Source of the DNA: Octopus vulgaris
Lineage: Eukaryota
NCBI GenBank assembly: GCA_951406725.2
Contig: OX597826.1
Coordinates: 15,066,001 to 15,130,000, forward strand
Length of the DNA: 64,000 bases
Direction of reading: 5' to 3'
Shown: positions 54,809 to 64,000 of the stretch, piece by piece
Numbering within the stretch: the stretch's first letter is position 1
How the letters are laid out: each line of letters opens with the position of its first letter
Notes under the pieces: model-generated
What the model was told of the DNA's origin: nothing
Seen by the model: only the letters and a program-made list of their open reading frames with translations
The model's database searches: none
Translations under genes and position numbers: made by a program

Positions 54809-55278
54809 ACAAAATAAGGGCAAAAGAAAAATTCTAATGCCAAATATGCCGAAAAAAAGAAGATAAAATTGTCAATCACCATTATAATTTATGCATATAA
54901 TTTAATAGTTATAAATATATATATATATATATGTATGTATAGCCTTGTATTTATTAGTATTTTCTCAAACGAATACACACAGGTGAGTGCGCAGATACAC
55001 GCATACATTTTATACAAATACATGTACTCATTTTGCTTTTGTTTCTCCAGCAGAAGAGGCAAAAAGTGCAGCAGTGGTATCGAAGTCGGAACTAACATGT
55101 GGCTTTGAAAAGCTTCTTTGCAGTATACACCTATCGTCTTTTATCTTTCAATTGCTTCAATCACTGAACTGCTGAAGTCTTTAGTTGAACACAACGACGG
55201 CTGTTATTCTCTTTAGCCGAACCGTTAAGTTACGGACACGTGAACAAACAAATCTCTTCATAAAATTCTTTGTACGAA

Positions 55279-55842
55279 GGCGGCGAGCTGGCAGAGACGT
55301 TAGGACGCTGGGCGAAATGCTTAGCGGTATTTCGTCTGCCGTTACGTTGTGAGTTCAAATTCCGACGAGGTCGACTTTGCCTTTCATCCTTTCGAGGTCA
55401 GTAAATTAAGTACCAGTTGCGCATTGGGGTCGATGTAATCAACTTAATCCGTTTGTCTGTCCTTGTTTGTCCTCTCTGTGTATAGCCCCTTGTGGGTAGT
55501 AAAGAAATAGCTATTTTGTGTGCCGTTACGTTCTTAGTTCAAATTCCGCCGATGTCGACTTTGCCTTTCATCCTTTCGGGGTCGATAAATTAAGTACCAG
55601 TTACGCATTGGGGTCAGTATAATCGACTTAATCCGTCTGTATGTCCTTTTTGTCCTCTGTTTAGCCCCTTGTGGGTAGTAAAGAAATAGGTATTTCTGAG
55701 ATTAAATTCCAGCGAGGTCGTCTTTGCCTTTCATACTTCCGGGGTCGATAAATTAAGTACCAGTTGCGTATTGGGGTCGATGTAATTGACTGGGCCCATC
55801 CCCCTAAACTTTCGGGCCTTGTGCCTAGAATAGAAAAGAATA
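55279..55842 (+). mobile_element. SINE family C with triplicated core
   Basis: One head then three tandem Meta-like cores; TSD TTCTTT(G/C)TACGA. Confidence 0.88.
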
Positions 55843-56043
55843 TTTCTTTCTACGATAGACACAAGGCCTGAAATCTCTTCATATTATTCTCTTCCACTCT
55901 GGGCACCAGGCCCAAAACTTTGGAGGAGGGGGCCATTCAATTAGATCGAGGCCAGTAAGCAACTGGTACTTAATTTATTGACCCCGAAAGGATGAAAGCC
56001 AAAGTCGACCTCGGCGGAATAATCTGATCATAAAATTAGTTTC

Positions 56044-57462
56044 GGACGTTTTCTGTTTGGCTGCAACTGTAGAAGTCTTAAAGTTTAGTGAAAATTTTAA
56101 AATTTGGAGGATTAATGTAATTTTTCATATTGAATCTCAGGGGCTAATACACTTATTGCAAGAAAAATTTTAAAAAAAAGTTACAGAGGTTTAAAGTTTG
56201 ATAATTTTTTACCCACTCAGAAAATAGGATTTGTAAGCTGTCATTTTGTACGTGATTGCAGGAGTTGTAAACAAATGAAATGTTGACGTAATTCTGGTTT
56301 ACGCACGCCACATAACCCTTCATAAAATTGTATATTTTTTGGAATCTTCAGAAAACTTTAGCGAATTTGCATTTTACACACTGGAATTCAAAAGAAAGAA
56401 AAAAGAAATGGTGCATGATTTAAGGCTTATTAAGCTAATAATTATTAAGCACACGTCACGGATAATCTCATTTGTGAATTTGTATTCTATACGCGGGACT
56501 TCATACGGTTATGCGAAAAAACAAATGTTGGGGTGCATGAATTAAGGCCTATTTAGCTGTTTTTAGCACACCTCACAACCACCTCAATGACAAAGAAACG
56601 AGCAAACAACGCATATTTTGTAGTTTTAATCATTCAATATGCATTTAATGCGATAAACAACACAATACAAATTAAACTTTTCTCAGAATTTAAAACTTAT
56701 AGCTCAAACTTAAAAGACTTATCCAAAAGCAAAATAGCACATTACAAATTAAATATTAAGAAAAAGACAAACATCTCAACAATCTTCACAGGGCCACCAA
56801 CCTAAGCTGGACAACGGAGCATGTCCTCCCCACATACTTCCCTAAGATAGCTGTTATAATCAGTAGCTGTGCAATGACTCATCCCGTGTTCAACACAAAA
56901 CCCATGAGAAAAGGAAAACACTACAGTCTTAAGAGGAAGGGTGCCACCTTCAAACAATGTAACCCTGCCTCACTGATACAGACTCCATGCGTCATTGGCG
57001 CGTGCATCACCAATACAAATACCCACCACGTCTTCTTGTACTCATAAAATGCTTCTTGATTTTGCATAATTTTCTTTTAGGTATAATACCCTTTCCTTGC
57101 AAGTACGAAACCGCATTCTTCTCTGGTGCGTGATTCAAGTCCTATTTGGCTGCTATTTTCAGTACATGTGACAACCACCTCAGTGACTGGAACATATCAG
57201 TCAACACGTGCTTTCTCGCAGACAAAAGAGTTCTCATGCTTGGCTTGTTACTATGGCAACAGGCATGAATGCGTCTGTGGCTTACGATTGGCTAAAATTA
57301 CCCAAAATGTTGAGACTTTAATAGCTAATAATTCTTTATTTATTGATTTATAGCGAAAATAATATTCAATGCATTAATCAGCCTATAAAAGTGTATCATT
57401 ACACTGAATATTAAATCAGTTCAAACAGAAATTGACCCGTGGCAGCCAAACAGAAAAGATCC
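56044..57462 (-). mobile_element. Merlin (IS1595-like) transposon remnant inserted in a SINE C
   Basis: ~22-bp TIRs starting GG; minus-strand EENAVSYLQGKGIIP..C...HFM...W*C...SVRQG resembles a Merlin N-terminal zinc ribbon. Confidence 0.65.
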
Positions 57463-57877
57463 GGCATCTCATCCGGCGTGCCAACGATTCTGCCAAGCTC
57501 GCCGCCTTACAAATCTGTTCATAATATGAATAAATACTTAAAGGCGGCGAGCTAGCAAAATCGTTAGCATGCCGGACAATATGCCTTGCGGCAGTTCATC
57601 CATCTTTACGTTCTAAGTTCAAATTCAGCCATGGTCGACTACATTTTAGCGTGAACAGTCGAGACCGTTCTAAGTACAAAGACGTAATAATATTCAAATA
57701 TTGTCAGTGGATGTAATTCAGGTTCAGCATTTGAATAGATGACTGATTGTTAATATCCCCTCGGACATGTAAATCAGAACATGGCATGTAAAAATGACAA
57801 AACGCATATACAATCACAGAAATAGAAATGAATAAATATACGTGTATTTTTGTGAGTATGTATGTGCATATGTATGT

Positions 57878-59829
57878 ATCAAGTTGAGTAAAAATTAAAA
57901 GAAGTTTTGAACCATGAAAAATTTGTACCGGATTTTTGCAGAATTTTGAAATTTTTTAAACATCATTTTGCAATTCTCTGATAATACAGACAAAGACTTG
58001 TCCCAAATGCCTCAATAAATTAACATTGATATTTTTTTCACAGCTGTTACAATCATCTGAAATGGAACTGTCAAAGCGCGGTATTCGAGCAATTTTGCTA
58101 ATTAGCTTCAAAAAAGGATGTAAAGCAGGTGAAACTGCTCGCGATATAACGAAACGTTTGGTGAGGAAATGACCAGTGATTGGTAAGCTCGAAAATGGTT
58201 TAAATGATTTCGCAGCGGACGCCCGTCTGTCATTGATAACAGTCAATTAAAGACCATCACTGAGAAAGATTCACATGAAACCACTCGAGAACTGGCAAAA
58301 GAACTCCAAGTTAGCCAGAAAACTACCTGCAACAATTTGCATGCGATCAGAAAATCAAAAAAAGCTCGACAAATGGGTATCCCACGATTTGAATGAAAAT
58401 CAGAAAATGCGCAGGTATAAAATTTGCTCGTTGCTTCTTCTCCGTAACAAGACCGATCCATTTCTCGACCGTATTGTAATTTGCGATGAAAAGTGGATTC
58501 TGTACAATAATAAAAAACGCTCTTCGCAGTGGTTGGACCAAAATGAAGCACCGAAAGCATTCCCTAAACCTTAGCTTTTCAAAAAGAAGGTGACTGTTTG
58601 GTGGTATGCTACTGGACCCATCCACAATAACTTCTTAAAATCTGGATACACCATTACTGCAGAAACATGTAACGGTAATGTTTTTAGTTGAAGTCGAGGA
58701 TCACCAATTTTAACGGTTGTCGTTAAGATGCTGGTTGCCAGTATGCAAGCTGGAAGAAGAACAGCGATCGACCTTTTAAGGAAATATTTTTTTACCGTTA
58801 CTTTGTCTGTCTTGCCTTGCTAGCTGCCCAACTAGGAATTAGAGGAAGATAGAGTTTATGTTAAATGTAGGGAGTCGATAAAATGATACCTTCATGTTGC
58901 CTGACATTTAAACAGCAGTGGTGTTGTGATAAGACAGTGTATCATAGTTGACATTCTCACTGGTAATCCTTCTCTCAGTTGAATTATCTCATTAACTGGA
59001 TTTTGCCTGTAGTTGCCTCTCCGTCATCTCCTTTTTGCCAACTTGGCTCTCATTAACTGCCCTTGGTTTACGGAGTTCTTGTTTTTATAACTATCCAAAA
59101 CCAGCCAGAAGGATAGACATATTGTTCAGAACAATAGATTTCGTTGGCGGTCTATCATCTCTATTCTAGCTTTTGGTGGCCTAGAAGAGGTTAGAAGGGT
59201 CAAGTGCCAAAGACATTATTCTGCTTAGCGATGGCATCTGGCAAATGTAACTGCTGTCACGCAGAGAAAAACCATTGTTTTACCGTGAGGAAAGTGCTGT
59301 TGAACTGTTAAGTGAAATTTGGCTATCGAGGATCGAATCCACGCTATGCCTGCATGAAGCCACTACAAACATATTGCCATGAAATTGCCAAAATGAATGA
59401 AAACCTGCTACTCTCTCATCCTTGACTGGTCAACAGGAGAGGGCAAATCATTCTTCTTGACAATGCTCGACAACACGTTTCACTAATGACGCTCCAGAAG
59501 TTGAGGGAACTTGACTACGCAGTTCTTCCCTAACCAGCTTATTCCCCAAACTTTTCTCCTACCGACTATCACTTTTTCAACCACCTTTGATGGTTTTCTG
59601 CGAGAGAAGGGATTCAAAAATCAAATCGAAGCTGAAAGTGCGTTCAAAGAGTTCCTCGGCTCCAGAACTCCAGATGTTTATGTTTCCGGAATAAACAAAC
59701 TTGTAACTCGTTGGCAAAAATGTGCTGATTGTAATGGTACTTACTTTGATGAATGAAATTTTAGGATTGCTGAAATATATTGTAATGAATTTCAAGTTTC
59801 AAAACGTTGCTTACTTTTTAATCAGCATG
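57878..59829 (+). mobile_element. Mariner (DD34D) transposon pseudogene interrupted by a solo LTR
   Basis: MELSKRGIR..., WVSHDL, RIVICDEKW, LDNAR, YSPNFSPTDYHFF; degenerate TIRs. Confidence 0.92.
58668..59367. mobile_element. Solo LTR (Gypsy-like), 700 bp
   Basis: TGTA...TACA ends; 4-bp TSD AACA; removing it restores mariner frame TAETYCHEI. Confidence 0.85.
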
Positions 59830-59905
59830 TATGTATGTATGTATGTATGTATGTATATATCTGTCTGTCTATCTATCTATCTATTTATGCATTCATGTAT
59901 CTATC

Positions 59906-59938
<33 letters not shown>

Positions 59939-60015
59939 GTGTGTTCATGTTTCTCTGCCATTGTGTGTATGAGCGTGTATGAAATACATACACACACACG
60001 TACACACACACACGT

Positions 60016-60056
<41 letters not shown>

Positions 60057-60131
60057 CATACATATGTGTGTACATAAATAAATACATGTGTATGTGTGTT
60101 TCTCTGTGTGTGTGTGTGCGCACACACACAT

Positions 60132-60172
<41 letters not shown>

Positions 60173-60847
60173 AATGTAAACATGTTTATAAGATTCATAT
60201 ATTTTGATATATGTATAGCTATATGCATATGTATGTTTATAAAGATATATGTATACATAATCTTTGTGTGTATGTGTGTGCGTGCGTGTGTAGCAATAGA
60301 TGTATATATATGTACTTAGAGTTATGAACATTTTATTCCTGTCAACTGTGTAATGTCAACACTCGATAATATTTTATGGGCATAGAAAAAATTTTTAACG
60401 AGGACAGAGAAATGTGCTTCCATACAAACATAACACACACAAAGAAACACACGCTCACATTCAAGAACTCATGCACACAATAAACACTGAATTGTTGCAT
60501 TCATATATATCTATATATAATCTCTGGATTTAGGTGGAATGTGAACACAAAAATCTGATGAAACATAAAATTGAAGTGGTTTTGTATTCTTACTCTCAGA
60601 TGAAATGAAATGAGACATTCTGTGCTGCACTCTTTTACTTGTATCAGTCATTTGACTGCGGCCATGCTGGAGCACTGCCTTTTAGTCGACCAAATTGACC
60701 CCAAGACTTATTCTTTGTAAGCTTAGTACTTATTCTATCGGTCTCTTTTCCTGAACCACCAAGTTACGGGGATGTAAACACACCAGCATCGGTTGTCAAG
60801 CGACGTTGGTGGGGGGACAAACACAGACACACAAACTTACACACATG

Positions 60848-60907
<60 letters not shown>

Positions 60908-60954
60908 CCCGGCGTTGCCGGGTCATAGTGGTAGTAAAAAATAAAGTAAAATGT

Positions 60955-62310
60955 ACGGTTACTCACCAATAACGAATGATATTAATTTAAGACGATGACG
61001 ACGAAAATATTGAGGTAATGACTGCACAGCAAAGAAGATTTTACACTCTTCATGTGACGCCTCTTCTTCGGGTGTTTTAGGGGATGTCGTATCTTCGTGC
61101 AAGTCTTTCTTGGTAGGCTTCAGGTACATTGTGATGGGGATTTGCTGTCCTTGTTTCTTCAAGGTGGTGAGGAGAAGTTTATAAATTGGAGAGACCAAAC
61201 CATATAGGGATCCCATGCTTCCGCCTTCTCTTGTAGTTCTTTTACTGTTCTTAAAAGGTCGGACAGACGTTCGACTGCGAGGCCCACTTAATCCTCCTCT
61301 TTCTCTGGATCTGGTGCTTCCTCCTCCTCTTCGCTGACAGACTTCGTTAACTTCAACTTATCTTCGTCTGTCAGGGTTTCAGAGTGGGCAGCGATGAGGT
61401 CGTTGACCTCATCTTGCCTGATGTCGTCAGAAATTTCGCCACCAAGTACCTTTGCCAGTTTCACCGCAATATTGACAGCCTCTTGCTAAATATCTTCAGG
61501 TGCGAAGCCCTCGTAGTCCTGAACACACTCTGGCCACACCTTCCACCATGCGATGAGGGTTTCTTTTTACATGTCTTTAAGAGCAATGTGGATGACTGAC
61601 AGTCACGTTGCGATCGTGAAGTCACACCAGTACTCCTTTAACTTGAAATTCTCGCCTTGATCCATAGGTTGGATGAGAGCGGTGGTGTTGACAGGGAAAA
61701 ACTCGACTTGGACTCCTTCGTGATTCAAATCCAAAGAGCGACCACCAGCATTATCCATAACAAGCAACACTTTGAATTCCATGCAAACATTTTGGTGATA
61801 TTCCTTGGCTTGAGGAATAAAGCATCGGTGGAACCAATTCAAAGTTAGACTTTTGGTAATCCAGGCCTTGCGGTTGTGCATCCAGTGGACAGGCGGCAGG
61901 TTTCTATTCTTATTTTTGAAGGGCCTCGGATTCGCGGACTTGTATATAAGTCCTGGTTTCATCATGAAGCCAGCAGCATTGCCACACATAATTAGTATCA
62001 CTCTGTCCATCTGGGCCTTAAATCCAGGGACTCTGGCTACGTCCTTCATGATATACGTTCTGGAAGGCACCGTCTTCCAGAGCAAGCCAGTCTCGTCCAT
62101 ATTGAAAACCTGTACCGGCTTGTATCTCTTGTCCTCAATGATCTGCCTGGAGGTCTCGAGGTACTTCGCGGTGGCTTCGGTTGATGCTGTCTCTCTAAGC
62201 AGGGAATCACACTTTATTTTAAACCGTTTCTGGAAACAGTCAAACCAATCCCATGCTGGTTTGAAAATCTTTGGGCTCCGGTGCTGTTAATGGTCTTGGT
62301 TGTGGTTCTT
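60955..62310 (-). mobile_element. Tigger/pogo (CENP-B-like DDE_1) transposase remnant
   Basis: FNMDETGLLWK, VMDNAGG, LIQPMDQG motifs; lies between SINE B fragments (60630-60845, 62315-62340). Confidence 0.92.
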
Positions 62311-62339
62311 CGGTCAACTGAAACTGAAAAAGCCCGTCG

Positions 62340-62364
<25 letters not shown>

Positions 62365-62376
<12 letters not shown>

Positions 62377-62775
62377 TAAAACATATGCATATATATAAAC
62401 ATATATGTACGTACCTACTTCTACATGTACATATACACACATATATGAGTACAGGATACCAAAAGGACGTCGAACACAATGAGAAACGAAAACATAGACA
62501 CAAACCAAAGGAACTGGACTTTTTTTTAAACAACAAAAAAATAGAGTACAGGACAATTAACACAAAGAAAAAAACCTTCTTCAGTCGCTATGGTTTCATC
62601 TACTCTACGTATCGAAGGATAAAAGCGAGACGTATCTTCGACAATATATATAAATACAAAATGGGACAAGAACGCAAAACATTCAAATAGACGATACAAA
62701 AAACACGGACGGGTCATTCGAAGCCTCTAATCTTCAGTCAAGAACCGGACCATCCTCGCAATTTCGGCTGATCAT
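62365..62775. mobile_element. PLE-like pLTR fragments in (TA)n
   Basis: 62365-62615 matches the 14792-15239 repeat family. Confidence 0.6.
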
Positions 62776-64000
62776 ATATATATATATATACACGACGCAC
62801 TTCTTTCAGTTTCCGTCAACCAAATCCACTCGCAAAAGCTTCGTTTGGCCCGAGGCTATAATAGAATATACATGACTAAGGTGCCACGCAGTGGGACTGA
62901 ACTCGGAATCATGCCGTTGGGAAGCAAGTTTCTTTCTGCTTCATGACATGTCAGTTTGAGAGCGTATTTGAATCTTGAGATGCAGGTCATAAATATCATT
63001 TGGTAATTATGATGCATCCTCTTGTGGCGGAGATGATTTTAATAATTCAAGAAATTTTGTTGTGTAGTATTTGGCATACTGTTATTTGTCTCTCTCTCTC
63101 TCCCATCCGCTCACTCATACATTAAATCATGCGAACGAATTCACGCACAGACACATACGCATACACATACACACATACACACACACAAACACACACACGC
63201 TCATGTATATACGCACGCACCTGAGGATATGTTGTAACAGATGTATATTACCTGAAAAAGCAATAACATGCAGAAGCACTATTTACTATTTCCTGTTGTT
63301 TTTTGTTTGCTTATATTATCAGACAAAACTGAAAATATGTTTAACAGAGATAAAATTGAGGAAAACAATGAAAAAAAAACATGAAAATCACATAAGAGAA
63401 AAAGAAAAAAAATGTAGTTGAAAAACTTGAAGGAAAACAGTGAAAATGGAGAAGAGATATAATTAATGAAACATATTCTCTATCTTCTCGGAATTCTGAA
63501 GATCATTGCTATTTTATGTGTTTCGATGTAAAAAAAAGCAACAAAAGAGAGAGGCTGTGGTTACTGGAAGTATACCGCAGACAGGCGGGCAATGAAAAGG
63601 AAATTTGTCAGACGACAGATTATAGCGGGAAGTATGAAGGGAAGGACATAAAGTCTGTCAAATTAATGAATAAAATCTCAATAAAACTTGCATGAAAAAT
63701 CAATAAACACATAATTGAAAGTTGTGTTTGACGTTGTTAAGTAATGAAAACTCGAAGTCTCCAAACGAAAGAGTAGATAGGCAGTAGTGCGGTAAATAGA
63801 GTAAATTTTATACGGTTATAACTGAATGAGAACTAACTTAAGAAAATGAGAAAATTGGATGAGAAAAGACGGAGAAATCAATGAAATATATTCAATAAAT
63901 AAATTGAAAACGATGTTCAGTAAATATGTATGCACTCAAATAATAATAAATAAATGTAATAATACAAAACAATAATTTAATGTAATAACATAATTGAAGT

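Noticed and set aside
61603-62100. Possible domesticated Tigger/CENP-B gene
   Set aside because: Internal deletions and stops around the fragment, and SINE interruption; a decayed transposon.

Overview
This is AT-rich, microsatellite-saturated animal genomic DNA. The SINE, LINE and microsatellite repertoire points to an octopus (coleoid cephalopod) intron or intergenic region. I can support no intact host protein-coding gene; nearly all long ORFs are translated simple repeats. The window is a nested set of decayed mobile elements: three tRNA-derived SINE families, RTE, R4/Dong and CR1-like LINE remnants, Penelope-like elements (PLEs), mariner/maT/pogo/Merlin DNA transposons, Helitrons and a 700-bp solo LTR. 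Three signals stand out. (1) About a dozen minimal type-I hammerhead ribozyme motifs from about 6 PLE pseudo-LTR families, several with variant cores and palindromic stem III. (2) A PLE whose 3' end carries a tRNA-Ser-like Pol III head followed by a hammerhead; the same module also occurs as a stand-alone SINE-like insertion. (3) A few non-repetitive GC/CpG-rich islands: 17.5 kb, 33.8-36.0 kb (a 34-bp pre-miRNA-like hairpin plus minus-strand splice and promoter signals) and 54.2 kb. Coordinates were counted by eye and may be off by a few bases. Family names rest on motif recognition, not database searches.
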